Below are positions 28,457 through 38,211 of a DNA stretch of 64,000 nucleotides, one piece after another. The notes under the pieces were generated by a model that had not been told where the DNA came from, did no database searches, and saw only the letters and a program-made list of their open reading frames with translations. Numbering within the stretch: the first letter of the stretch is position 1; each line of letters starts with the position of its first letter. The stretch comes from Fidelibacterota bacterium CG08_land_8_20_14_0_20_45_22 (GTDB taxonomy: Bacteria > Fidelibacterota > UBA2242), in contig PEYN01000018.1 of the NCBI GenBank assembly GCA_002774355.1, positions 91 through 64,090 of the forward strand. The letters are read 5' to 3'. Both the position numbers and the translations under genes were made by a program.

Positions 28457-29086
28457 TCATTTTGAAATTTGATCGATGGGAATATCTAAATTGGGTTTGT
28501 TTTCATAACCTTGATAGTCGAAGTGCCACCATTCGCTTGACAAACCGGTGAACCCATGCGCTTCCATTGCGTCTTCCAGAATTTGTCGGTGCTTTAGCGC
28601 TGACTCAGGAAGATTTTGGTAACTTCGACTGGCTTTTTCGGTGAAATCGTCAAATGGTGTCGGCATATCGATAGAATCTCCATCGATAGTAATTAGCGTT
28701 ACATCTACCGCATAACCTCTGTTGTGGCGGGAACCGGTTTTCGGATCGGCAACGAAGTTGGGATTCGGAAAAATTTCCCACATGCGCCGCTGAACAGAAA
28801 GCGGACGATATCCGTCATAGACTTTCAGTTTGTAGCCATTTGTTTTTAAATCTGCCTGAACTTCATTCAGTGCAATTGCGGCCTCCCGAACTAAAAAACA
28901 GCGATTTGACGGATAAAGAACCTGTCTGACAAAATTATTTGTCGTTGCGTAACGAATGTCTAATTCAATATCGGGGATGATCGTCTTAAGTTCTACAAGT
29001 TCGGTTTGAGCGTTGGTCAAACAGGCAAGAAGCAGAATGATCAGTCCAGTTGGAATGACAATGATCGATCGGAAACGTTTCATCAT
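28457..29086 (-). CDS. D-alanyl-D-alanine dipeptidase (M15D, VanX/DdpX family)
   Basis: Signal peptide; YDGYRP...SRHNRGYAVDV...EWWHFD zinc-binding motifs of VanX-type dipeptidases. Confidence 0.85.
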   Translation of the reverse strand: MMKRFRSIIVIPTGLIILLLACLTNAQTELVELKTIIPDIELDIRYATTNNFVRQVLYPSNRCFLVREAAIALNEVQADLKTNGYKLKVYDGYRPLSVQRRMWEIFPNPNFVADPKTGSRHNRGYAVDVTLITIDGDSIDMPTPFDDFTEKASRSYQNLPESALKHRQILEDAMEAHGFTGLSSEWWHFDYQGYENKPNLDIPIDQISK

Positions 29087-29310
29087 TTACTCCTTTTGAA
29101 AATTTCTACGGTATCAAGATTACATCGTTATCTTAATTGAATCGGAAGAATGAAACAAATGAAAAACTCAGTGGTAAAAGTGAGGCGCGTTTCCGATGGG
29201 CTTGAGAAACCATTTGTTTTTTTCAAGTAATCTGTTATCTTCGGACAAGAATTTAGATTGAAATCACGATCGCTTCAGGACGAACGAAAAGAAATATTTG
29301 GACAATTGAG

Positions 29311-29853
29311 ATGAGCATTACAAAAAAAACAGCGAAGCGGATAATCCGTCAATCTTCTCTTTACGAGTTGAAAGGTGAAAAACTAAAACGCGACAGGAAG
29401 TACCTGCTCCTTTGTTTGCCGTTTGCCCCAGATGAATTTCAAATCGCACAGCGGATGCTTTTCTCGTTTATCATCAATAATGCATTTTTCATTAAAGTCT
29501 GCGTTTATCAATCCTTTTTTCCCGTCCTGAAGAATATCGACCTTTCTCTGTTTTTTCCGATCCTCAACTCGGATTTGGATGAATCCCGCCTGCCATTTGG
29601 CCACCTGGCTCAGGATGTTTTTCAATATGAATATTCGGCGGCGGTGGATTTATCATCCGATCCGAATCCGACCAACGCGTATCTGGTTTACAACTGCGGA
29701 GCGGCGATGCGAATCGGATTTCATTCCTCCGCCACAGCCTCGATCTTCAATCTGTTGATCAAAAAAAATAAAGATATAATTGAGCCCAGCTATCAGCGCA
29801 TCAAGTCACTTTTAGACGACCAGATTCGGATTCTTTCCGGAGAAACGAAATGA
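29311..29853 (+). CDS. Hypothetical protein; possible N-terminal fragment of a GT9 (heptosyltransferase-like) glycosyltransferase
   Basis: The segment DLSSDPNPTNAYLVYNCGAAMRIGFHSS resembles the YDLAIDL...RIGF region of GT9 N-domains, but the 180-aa ORF lacks the C-terminal half. Confidence 0.3.
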   Translation: MSITKKTAKRIIRQSSLYELKGEKLKRDRKYLLLCLPFAPDEFQIAQRMLFSFIINNAFFIKVCVYQSFFPVLKNIDLSLFFPILNSDLDESRLPFGHLAQDVFQYEYSAAVDLSSDPNPTNAYLVYNCGAAMRIGFHSSATASIFNLLIKKNKDIIEPSYQRIKSLLDDQIRILSGETK

Positions 29854-29920
29854 AAAAATATACCTTGACGGATAGGATATCGAGGATTATATTAATCGCC
29901 ACTTTTGAAGAGGAGTTAGT

Positions 29921-30334
29921 ATGGAAGATTTAGTTTGTCCCGAATGTAACCATCCACTTAAAGAAGAGGATTTGAAAAAATCGCTCATCTGCCCGCATTG
30001 CAAGACCAATCTTCGCGATCCAAAATACCTCGATTTTCTCGAACTCCTAGTGTTCCATGACATTGTAGAAGACATCGATTTTTTCGATATGAGCTTGTAT
30101 GGCGAGGAAATGCTTAAAAGCGAGCGAGAAGACTACGATGAACCTGACATCGATCCATCTAAGTTCGAGAAGCGGAAAGAAGTCTGGGATGAATTTGAAG
30201 ACGACACTGAACTCAATGAGAGCCTCTCCGAAGAAGCCGAAGCGGAGGATCCGTGGAAACTCTTTGGCAACGATAATCTTCCCAATGAGGATGAGTGGGA
30301 TGAAGAAAATTCCGGTGAAGGTTCTAAATACTAA
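29921..30334 (+). CDS. Hypothetical zinc-ribbon protein with strongly acidic C-terminal tail
   Basis: CPECN...CPHCKTNL N-terminal zinc ribbon; the C-terminal 70 aa are rich in D/E. Confidence 0.4.
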   Translation: MEDLVCPECNHPLKEEDLKKSLICPHCKTNLRDPKYLDFLELLVFHDIVEDIDFFDMSLYGEEMLKSEREDYDEPDIDPSKFEKRKEVWDEFEDDTELNESLSEEAEAEDPWKLFGNDNLPNEDEWDEENSGEGSKY

Positions 30335-30360
30335 TTATTGAAACAGTTAGGATAATTATC

Positions 30361-30678
30361 ATGGAACAGAAAAAAGCGCCTCAGCAATTAAACATCGAAA
30401 TCCCCGAATCTAAAGCCGAAGGGAATTACAGCAATTTTACCGTGATTTCGCATTCGCCGGCGGAATTCGTTCTGGATTTTGCCCGCTTGATGCCCGGAGC
30501 CCCCAAAGCGATCGTTCAGAGCCGAATCATCATGACGCCTATTCACGCTAAGACATTGCTATTTACGCTTCAGGAAAATATTTCCAAATTCGAATCGAAA
30601 TTCGGCGAGATTATTTTACCGGATAAGGAATCACAGCCCAGTTTCCCACCGGTTTCTTCCAATTCGCTTCCCAATTGA
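30361..30678 (+). CDS. DUF3467-family protein
   Basis: YSNFTVISHSPAEFVLDFARLMPG...SRIIMTPIHAKTLLFTLQENISKFESKFGEI matches the DUF3467 pattern. Confidence 0.55.
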   Translation: MEQKKAPQQLNIEIPESKAEGNYSNFTVISHSPAEFVLDFARLMPGAPKAIVQSRIIMTPIHAKTLLFTLQENISKFESKFGEIILPDKESQPSFPPVSSNSLPN

Positions 30679-30699
30679 AAATCAGGTTGATCCGGTTGA

Positions 30700-30775
30700 A
30701 TAGGTAGATTGGGCTTGTCCGCCACCGGCGGATTGATTAGGTTGATTAGGTTGATTAGGTTAATTAAGTAGATTA
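30700..30775. repeat. Short tandem repeat, 9-bp unit GTTGATTAG (about 4 imperfect copies) in a convergent intergenic region
   Basis: ggattgattaggttgattaggttgattaggttaattaagtagattaa read directly from the sequence. Confidence 0.5.
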
Positions 30776-30848
30776 AACCTGTCAGCGCTTGGTTGATTGG
30801 TTATACAATGCCACGCTGACTTGATGCCTAAATACCTTTTGACGCCGT

Positions 30849-32849
30849 CTATCGCAAATATCTGCGGAAATACTCATAAATCTTTTGATATAAATCGATA
30901 GTAGTCTCATCAGCCTCGAGATGCAGATTTTTCCACGGATAAAAAATAAAATCGACGCGTTTCCGCGCATCCGTCATTTTTTCCGCAAGAGTCACCGTTG
31001 GTAAAAGCGCTTCAATACTGCTTTCGGCACCTTGAATAAATAATAAATGTCCGGTAAGATTCGGATAAGAATCCAGTCTTTTTAATGCTTTTTCGGTATC
31101 GACATGATCGAAAAGAAATGGTAAAATATCTGGCTCACAGGTTGGCATTTCTTCCTGCCATTCGGGGAGCGCTGTGATGGCAACGCCCGCTTTAAACAAT
31201 TCAGGTGCAGTGAACATCGCAACGGTTGCATCGTATCCGCCAAAGTGCGTTCCAATAATACCGGCACGATTGACGTCGGCAAAATCATATTTACTGATCT
31301 CTTTTAAAACTATTTTCATGTCGGAAATTGAATGCCCGATCGAATCGGCGTCTATTACGCGAACAGTCATCTCGACGACGATAAATTTTTGGTCGCAAAG
31401 CCATTGATTTACTAAACCGTTAATGCTCCAAGCGTCGTGGATTTTTTGGGATCGAGTCTCTTCGAAAATATTCAAGATAACCGGATATTTGGATGAAACG
31501 AGGTTTTTTTCAGGTAACCACAAATGATAATAGATTAACCTCCCGGTTTGCGGATTGCGAACGGATTTAGTCAGCGGCAATTTCAACTGATAATCTTCCA
31601 TCTCTGGCGAAATTGATTGGGTAATTCTGACCATCTTACTTTTCGGCGTAGCGTTCGACCAGAATAATTCCGGAACCTGTTGAGAACTCGAAAAAACCTC
31701 AGCGATTTTTTCTCCTGAATTGGAAGTAATGAATGAATGGACACCATTTCGGAACGTTAATTTTTCGGACTTGTCAGTTGCGGGATCGACGCTGAAGATA
31801 TGTATTTCGGTCGCGACTTCACCCGAAGTGTAAAATATCTTTTGTTTTTGGTTTTCAGCCGAATAATCGATTATATCGAATTGACCGCGTGTCAAAGCCG
31901 AGACGATACGGGATTCAACTTTGACAGTGTACAAATGATCGTATCCGTTTGCTGAAGAACCAAACAACAAGCTTTGTCCGCCATCGATCCAGAAAATTTT
32001 TCCGCCAAACGCTCCCACTCGTTTTGGGTTGGTTTCCCGATATAAAGTATCAACAACAGATTGCCGGACATCGAAACGTAAAAGATATCGCTCGCTCAGG
32101 TCTGTGGCGATTTCATCAATGGCAATGGATTGGTTGTCAAGCGCCCATTGAAAATCACGAACGATCGTTTGTGGATGGATAGGAAAACGAATATCGGCGT
32201 TTCGCAATTGACTCGTTTTTATTTGGCGAATGACTAAACAGGGCGCTTGTTTATTTTTAGCTTCGATAAATGCAATCGAATTTTCATCGGATGACCATTG
32301 AAAACGAGGAGTCTCGGCAAACAATGGATGGCTTGCAAGCGTATTGTCAACCGACAAAGCGTAGGCGAGTTGTATGATTTTTCCCGAGGAAATTTCCTGT
32401 ATCCAGATATCGGAGTCTTTTTCATAAACGATATATTTACCGGTGGGTGAAAAAGAGGGGTGTGATGCAGATGGAATCCAAATTGCCGGTTTATCGTCCC
32501 TTCGGATGCCACATTGATAAATGTCGCTCTGAAATTCAAAAATGATTGATTTTCCGTCCGGCGACCATACAAGGTTCCGGATAATATTTGTAGGTGAAAG
32601 TGAAAGATTCTTCCCAAAAGAAGTGATCCGTTGAATACCGGTTGACTCGATGTCTTTGATATAGATATCCCGAAATTGTTCACCTTTTTCGTTCCAAAGA
32701 AATGCCAACTTTGCATCGTTCGGAGACCATTTTACAGAGATTGGAACCGTTCCGTAACTCAGCGGACGCTGAAAAATAAAAGGCAAATCAATCAGTTCAG
32801 CCGCCTGAACTGAAAAAACCACCGCGAAAAACAGAAATAGTTTCTTCAT
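30849..32849 (-). CDS. S9-family (prolyl oligopeptidase / DPP-like) protein with N-terminal beta-propeller; catalytic Ser and Asp apparently substituted
   Basis: Signal peptide, TolB-like propeller repeats (WSPDGK...), C-terminal alpha/beta-hydrolase domain. The nucleophile elbow reads GIIGTHFGGYDA where GxSxGG is expected (Ser to His). The HGxxD region reads IQGAESSI. Confidence 0.7.
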   Translation of the reverse strand: MKKLFLFFAVVFSVQAAELIDLPFIFQRPLSYGTVPISVKWSPNDAKLAFLWNEKGEQFRDIYIKDIESTGIQRITSFGKNLSLSPTNIIRNLVWSPDGKSIIFEFQSDIYQCGIRRDDKPAIWIPSASHPSFSPTGKYIVYEKDSDIWIQEISSGKIIQLAYALSVDNTLASHPLFAETPRFQWSSDENSIAFIEAKNKQAPCLVIRQIKTSQLRNADIRFPIHPQTIVRDFQWALDNQSIAIDEIATDLSERYLLRFDVRQSVVDTLYRETNPKRVGAFGGKIFWIDGGQSLLFGSSANGYDHLYTVKVESRIVSALTRGQFDIIDYSAENQKQKIFYTSGEVATEIHIFSVDPATDKSEKLTFRNGVHSFITSNSGEKIAEVFSSSQQVPELFWSNATPKSKMVRITQSISPEMEDYQLKLPLTKSVRNPQTGRLIYYHLWLPEKNLVSSKYPVILNIFEETRSQKIHDAWSINGLVNQWLCDQKFIVVEMTVRVIDADSIGHSISDMKIVLKEISKYDFADVNRAGIIGTHFGGYDATVAMFTAPELFKAGVAITALPEWQEEMPTCEPDILPFLFDHVDTEKALKRLDSYPNLTGHLLFIQGAESSIEALLPTVTLAEKMTDARKRVDFIFYPWKNLHLEADETTIDLYQKIYEYFRRYLR

Positions 32850-32918
32850 ATAATCCCTCGAAATGAAATCAAGGTTAAAATCGATTGGAGATTGACGATT
32901 GTCGTTGCCAACATTTGC

Positions 32919-33650
32919 TCATACTTGTTTTTCCAGTAGAAAAATTTTATTTGCGTGGAAGAATCGCAAAACCCACCATGAATCGACGATTTTCATGCCG
33001 GATTCGCTCACCTCGTTTTCCCAGTCTTTGGTAGTTGCCATTGTCATTTTTCTCGGACGCGAAGAGAGTTTTTGATTCAGTCGGTGAAGTGAAGATTCCA
33101 GATAGACGGAAATAACCACCCAACGTTTGGTCACGCGATATAGTTCTGAGAGGGTAGAAAGCCGCTCGGCGCTAGTTTTGAAATGCTGAAGTAGGCGAAA
33201 GTTAAAAACGACGTCGAATTCGTTTTTTCTAAAAGGCGTTGCATTGACATCCGAGACGACGACGCGCGTCGAACCGCGATGCAGTTTTTGCTGATATTCC
33301 AGTGCATAGAGATTCAGATCGCCATTTGTCACGGAAAAGTCGTTTTTTAGAAAAAGTTCCGTAAAACGACCATATCCAGTTGGAATGTCCAGAAGCGTCT
33401 GGTTTGCAGATCTGAGATGATTTAATATCCGGTTGACGATTCGTTTTTCCCGCCAGCTGACCCATCGTTGGTCGAGATTTTTGTACCGGTTTATGGAGTA
33501 TTTTTCCACCGATTCGACGCTTTTCCACGTGATCGAATATCGCTTGGGTTTGTCTGTTTGGTTAATTTTGCTCAAAATATTTTTCTCGTTTTCCTTTTTC
33601 CGACGAACGATTTTACGGTCTTCTCGAATAAATGTCAACCCATTTTCCAT
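32919..33650 (-). CDS. Class I SAM-dependent methyltransferase
   Basis: Motif I LDIPTGYGRF, acidic motif II (VVSDVNA), motif post-II FDVVFNFRLLQH. Confidence 0.6.
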   Translation of the reverse strand: MENGLTFIREDRKIVRRKKENEKNILSKINQTDKPKRYSITWKSVESVEKYSINRYKNLDQRWVSWREKRIVNRILNHLRSANQTLLDIPTGYGRFTELFLKNDFSVTNGDLNLYALEYQQKLHRGSTRVVVSDVNATPFRKNEFDVVFNFRLLQHFKTSAERLSTLSELYRVTKRWVVISVYLESSLHRLNQKLSSRPRKMTMATTKDWENEVSESGMKIVDSWWVLRFFHANKIFLLEKQV

Positions 33651-33734
33651 TGGAGGGAAAAGACTTGGCGTTAAAACAAAGAAGAGGCGATTGATTGAAT
33701 CGTCTCTCTTTGTGCAATTTTTGGATTGTGAAAC

Positions 33735-34406
33735 TTAATTCGTCTTGATCTTGAAAATAATCGGAATGGAAATATAGACGCCAATATTCTGATCTCTTTG
33801 TTGCGCCGGTTTGAACTTCGTTTTCTTAATCGCGGCGCAGGCGGCTTCGTCGAGTCCCGTGTTCGGAACGCCTTTGAGAACTACGGTTTCCACTACAATT
33901 CCAAATTCATTGATGAATGCCTGAACAATTACGGTGCCTTCAATTCCAGCTTCTTGAGCGATTTCCGGATAAATGACGTTCGCTTGAATCGCGGCAAATC
34001 CACCGAGCGGTTCCGGAGCTTTTTCGTAAGGAATGAACCGAATTCGTGGCCCGGAGGATTCCTCGTGTTGTTCCGGTGGCGGAGGCGGGGCTTCCCATGC
34101 CTGATAATCGCTCAGGTCGGTCGTTTCATCGATCGTAATATCTTCGGAAAAGTCTTCTCTTTCTGATTCGATTGGGATTGCCGGACGCGTCGGAGCGGCG
34201 GCTTGATCGATTTTCTGTTCAATGATCGGTACATCGGTGGTTTCCATGACGAATTCCAATTTTTTAATAGCAACCGCCGATTCCTGAAATCTCGGGAAAG
34301 CAACAAGTGTTACGATCGTCAATAACAGAGCGCCGACCATTCCAACTCTGAGGATAAAATTGTATCGTAGTTTTAAACTTTTTTCCGGATTGACTCTAAC
34401 AATCAT
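33735..34406 (-). CDS. tonB: Energy transducer TonB
   Basis: N-terminal TM anchor, Pro-rich linker (APPPPPEQ), C-terminal TonB domain; downstream of exbB-exbD-exbD. Confidence 0.8.
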   Translation of the reverse strand: MIVRVNPEKSLKLRYNFILRVGMVGALLLTIVTLVAFPRFQESAVAIKKLEFVMETTDVPIIEQKIDQAAAPTRPAIPIESEREDFSEDITIDETTDLSDYQAWEAPPPPPEQHEESSGPRIRFIPYEKAPEPLGGFAAIQANVIYPEIAQEAGIEGTVIVQAFINEFGIVVETVVLKGVPNTGLDEAACAAIKKTKFKPAQQRDQNIGVYISIPIIFKIKTN

Positions 34407-34417
34407 TTTAACTCTCC

Positions 34418-34825
34418 TTAAATTGCTCTATCGGCTGAGTAATTGACTTTTAAAGCATCCGCTAATCTTAGCTCCTTATGCACTTTGTGGATCCTTTCCA
34501 TCGTGACTTGAGCGTCGGATCGAATCGCAACCGTTAATTGAGGATCGGCTGTACGTTTTTCGTAAAAGATTGTCCGAATAGAATTGATTTCTATCAATTT
34601 TCCATCTACGGATAATAAGCCTTCTTTAGAGATCCAGAGAGTGGAAACGTGTGTATCAGAACCGAGTTTTTCGATCTGTCTGGCAACAGGCAGAACGATG
34701 TTTAATCCTTCGTAATCTCTCATCGTTGTAGCCGACATGAAAAAGAAGAGAAGCATGAAGACGATATCCGGCAACGATGTTTGAGGAATAGTCATCTTAG
34801 CTTTTGTTTTTCTAATTAATTTCAT
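34418..34825 (-). CDS. exbD: Biopolymer transport protein ExbD/TolR
   Basis: Single N-terminal TM with conserved Asp (DIVFMLLFFFM), ~135 aa. Confidence 0.8.
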   Translation of the reverse strand: MKLIRKTKAKMTIPQTSLPDIVFMLLFFFMSATTMRDYEGLNIVLPVARQIEKLGSDTHVSTLWISKEGLLSVDGKLIEINSIRTIFYEKRTADPQLTVAIRSDAQVTMERIHKVHKELRLADALKVNYSADRAI

Positions 34826-34836
34826 CGAACATATTC

Positions 34837-35232
34837 CTATTCTGCGATTGAAATCCTTCGGGCGTCTGCCATTTTCAACTGATCCAGAACTTTGATATAG
34901 ACACTGTACTTGGTTAATGGATGAGATTTGACGGAGATGATCATTTTCGGATTTAAGGAAGTCAACGCTTTAACTGAATTTTTGATATCAGAAATCTCAA
35001 TCTCTCTATTGTTCAAGAGAACTTTTCCACGAGGATCGATGACCAAATTCGTAATATTCTTCTTGGCAACTTCTATAGTGCCGCCTTCCGGCGGTAAAAT
35101 GATGCCAAGTCCTTTCTCTGTATCCATCGTCGATGTAGCCATAAAGAAGAGAAGAAGAAGAAATGCAATGTCTGCCTGAGAGACGGTCGGTATATCGGCA
35201 TCGGGGATTTTTTTCTTTTTGATGAGGGCCAT
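34837..35232 (-). CDS. exbD: Biopolymer transport protein ExbD/TolR (second copy)
   Basis: ADIAFLLLLFFM TM with Asp, 131 aa. Confidence 0.8.
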   Translation of the reverse strand: MALIKKKKIPDADIPTVSQADIAFLLLLFFMATSTMDTEKGLGIILPPEGGTIEVAKKNITNLVIDPRGKVLLNNREIEISDIKNSVKALTSLNPKMIISVKSHPLTKYSVYIKVLDQLKMADARRISIAE

Positions 35233-35244
35233 AGTGGACGATTC

Positions 35245-35868
35245 TTATTGTTTTGTGTTTGTATCGAGAGTTGTTTTCAGTGTTTCGAGAAAAGTAATTG
35301 AACTTTCTTCCATTTCGACGCTAATAGCATCGATACGCGACATAAAAATGTTGTAAAAGATCTGCATCGGCATGGCAACGATTAGACCGAAAATGGTGGT
35401 CAACAGGGCTTCGGCAATACCGTCGGCGACGATGGCGGGAGAAATATCGTTGGCTTTGGCGATGGAGTCGAAGGCTCCGATCATTCCGGATACCGTTCCG
35501 ACGAATCCGAACATTGGGGCAAGGGAAATGACCGTCGATAACCAGATCATTCCTTTTTCCAGAAATGCCAGTTCGACCGCACCTGTCGCTTCAAGGGCTT
35601 TTTCGACTTCGGAAATGCCTTTGTCGGCTTTTTCGAGTCCAGCGGCGAAAATTTCGGCGATAGGTCCGGATGTTTCTACGCAGACTTTTTTCGCGGCATC
35701 AACGCCATTTTCTCTTAGCGTGCTGGTTAATTTAGGGATGAATTTCTTTGTGATAATTGAGGATTTTGTCAGTGTATAAAATCTCTCAAAAGCGATCATA
35801 AAACCCCAAATTGCAAGAAGCAAAATAGGCCACATGAAATATCCGCCACGTATAAATAGTGCAACCAT
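35245..35868 (-). CDS. exbB: MotA/TolQ/ExbB proton channel protein
   Basis: Three TM segments and the conserved C-terminal region of the ExbB/TolQ family. Confidence 0.85.
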   Translation of the reverse strand: MVALFIRGGYFMWPILLLAIWGFMIAFERFYTLTKSSIITKKFIPKLTSTLRENGVDAAKKVCVETSGPIAEIFAAGLEKADKGISEVEKALEATGAVELAFLEKGMIWLSTVISLAPMFGFVGTVSGMIGAFDSIAKANDISPAIVADGIAEALLTTIFGLIVAMPMQIFYNIFMSRIDAISVEMEESSITFLETLKTTLDTNTKQ

Positions 35869-35992
35869 GAGTTTAAATCCTCCATTTCATTGTTTCAAAT
35901 TCCAAATAAATGCTTGGTATTTTAAGCCAAATTTTGATAAAAGTCAATAATCAATTCGGCAAATATTAACGGTATTTTAGGTGTGCAATTTA

Positions 35993-37594
35993 TCATTTCA
36001 AAGTCATTTTCTCGGCTTCTTTAAAATATTGTTTGGCCGCTATGACCTGATTGTCTTTCAATCTGATTGTCTTGTAATACTCGTCATAGCTCCAATAACT
36101 TTTAGATATTTCTGCTTTTAACATCATTTTAATATACTCGGCGTCCTTGTCGAGATTTGTCAGACTGACGTCAATCTTTTTATCCTTCACGGCTTGTTTG
36201 AAAGAATCCCATGTCTTCGCGCTAATTTCATATTTTTCAATGAACCAATCTTTTTGGTTTTCGGCTTGATACTGCGGATTTCTCTTGGCAAAATCTGCGC
36301 TGAATTCGAACAGTATCCGGGATGGGTGTCTGAGCAACTTGTAAGTATCACCGGTGAGATTTTGCATAAATTTCACATGGTAGTCTGGCGTAATCCCGCC
36401 GCCGCCGTAAACCGTTCTGCCGATCAGTGTTTTAAATTCCGGTCGCTGTTTGACCGTATCTTCTACCGCGAGAATAGAATCCCGGTTTTCTTCGCCGAAC
36501 GTCTCGTAATAATCGGCAATATTGCCGACGTAAGGACGTTGGATAAGTCTTCCGCTCGGTGTATAGTACCGAGCGACAGTGACTCGAATTGCTCCGCCGT
36601 CGCGAAGCGGGAATTGACGTTGCACGAGTCCTTTGCCGAAGCTGGTTTCGCCGACAACGATTCCGCGGTCAAGGTCCTGAACTGCGCCGGCTACGATTTC
36701 GCTGGCGCTTGCCGAACCTCGGTTGATTAATACGACCAGCGGAAACATGCCGTGATTTTCATCGCGTCCCGAATAGAACTCTTCGTTAGAGTTTTTTATT
36801 CTGCCTTTTGTATAGACAATCATTTGCCTTCCGGGGATGAATTTGTCGGCGATTTTCACCGCCTGATCCAGAAACCCGCCGCTGTTGCTCCGCAGATCGA
36901 AGATCAACTGTTTCATTCCCATTCTTTCGAGTTTGGTGAGCGCTTTTTCGACTTCGTCTTCGGTCGTTTCGCTGAATCGGTTCAGAAAAATGTATCCGGT
37001 GGTTTCATCCAGCATAAAAGAAGCCGAAACGCTATAAAGCGGAATTTCATCCCGAATGATAACGACGTCGAAATCTTCCGTTCCTTCGCGGCGAACGGTA
37101 ACGGTGACTTTAGATCCTTTGGGTCCGCGCAATTTTTTTACGACGTCGTCGCGCTTGATTTTATAAGCGGACTCGCCGTCGATTTTCACGAACTTATCAC
37201 CGATCGTTATACCGGCTTTTTCCGCCGGTGCGCCCGCGATGGGCGAAATAACCGTGATAAAGCCGTCGAGTACGTCAAATTCAATGCCGACGCCTTCAAA
37301 TTTTCCTGAAAAATCTTCCTGCACTTTGGACATTTGTTTCTGATCGATAAAGACCGAATGCGGATCAAGACTCTCTAACAATCCGGTATATGCGCCGTCC
37401 ATCGCTTTGTCCCAATCGGGATTTTCGACATAGTTTTCGTTCACGATGCCAATGATATCGTTTAGTATTTTTATTTTCAAATAAAGGTCACTGCCGGTGG
37501 CGCAAATAACTTTTCCCAGCGGCGAGACCACTAAAAATAGAGTCAGAACAACCAGTATGATGACCGGAACTGTAAATTTTTCACGTATTTTCAA
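35993..37594 (-). CDS. S41-family carboxyl-terminal processing peptidase
   Basis: PDZ domain (GITIGDKFVKIDG) plus S41 catalytic region LINRGSASASEIVAGAVQD with Ser/Lys dyad context. Confidence 0.85.
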   Translation of the reverse strand: MKIREKFTVPVIILVVLTLFLVVSPLGKVICATGSDLYLKIKILNDIIGIVNENYVENPDWDKAMDGAYTGLLESLDPHSVFIDQKQMSKVQEDFSGKFEGVGIEFDVLDGFITVISPIAGAPAEKAGITIGDKFVKIDGESAYKIKRDDVVKKLRGPKGSKVTVTVRREGTEDFDVVIIRDEIPLYSVSASFMLDETTGYIFLNRFSETTEDEVEKALTKLERMGMKQLIFDLRSNSGGFLDQAVKIADKFIPGRQMIVYTKGRIKNSNEEFYSGRDENHGMFPLVVLINRGSASASEIVAGAVQDLDRGIVVGETSFGKGLVQRQFPLRDGGAIRVTVARYYTPSGRLIQRPYVGNIADYYETFGEENRDSILAVEDTVKQRPEFKTLIGRTVYGGGGITPDYHVKFMQNLTGDTYKLLRHPSRILFEFSADFAKRNPQYQAENQKDWFIEKYEISAKTWDSFKQAVKDKKIDVSLTNLDKDAEYIKMMLKAEISKSYWSYDEYYKTIRLKDNQVIAAKQYFKEAEKMTLK

Positions 37595-37738
37595 TTTTTC
37601 TTCCTTCTTTAAAAAAACAATCAGATTTTAACATGCAATTGACAGAAAAACAAGTGCAACGCCGATAATTGGCATCCACCGAATTCCCAAAATGAAATCT
37701 ATCGGCTTCCGGTTAAAAAACTGCCAATGGAAAAAGTT

Positions 37739-38188
37739 TCAGAATATTGAAGAAACAATGCTGCAGACCTTTTCCAAAAACGCGCGATCTTCAGTTGTGA
37801 ACGCAGACGGAGCATGCGAGTCGATGTCCAATTCCGCGACGAATCGGCCGTTTTTGAAAACCGGAATGACGATTTCGCTCCGAACGTTGATACTGCAAGA
37901 CAGGTAATTTTCCTCTTTGGCGACATCCTGAACGACGACTGTTTCCAGTTCATCCGCCGCGCGCCCACAGATTCCTTTCCCGAATGGAATCCGAACGTGT
38001 TCGGTTGGCGCGCCAACGAACGGACCCAGAACCAATTCCTGTTTTTCATCGTTGGCCATATAAAAACCGACCCAGTTGTAATAGGAAACCGTACGGTTCA
38101 AAGTTAAACAAACCGCCGAAAGTTTTTCATCTTGCTTCATCGGTGAAGCGACGATATTTATAAATTCCTGTAGTTCTGGGAATGGCAT
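37739..38188 (-). CDS. GAF-domain free methionine-(R)-sulfoxide reductase (fRMsr/MsrC-like)
   Basis: GICGRAA motif and the surrounding YYNWVGFY...ELDIDSH pattern typical of fRMsr GAF proteins. Start placed at internal Met (MPFPELQ) to avoid overlap with the upstream acyltransferase gene. Confidence 0.7.
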   Translation of the reverse strand: MPFPELQEFINIVASPMKQDEKLSAVCLTLNRTVSYYNWVGFYMANDEKQELVLGPFVGAPTEHVRIPFGKGICGRAADELETVVVQDVAKEENYLSCSINVRSEIVIPVFKNGRFVAELDIDSHAPSAFTTEDRAFLEKVCSIVSSIF

Positions 38189-38211
38189 AAATGATCGATC
38201 TTCTGTGCGAA

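Noticed and set aside
30700-30775. CRISPR array
   Set aside because: The repeated unit is only 9 bp, contiguous and without spacers; no cas genes in the window.
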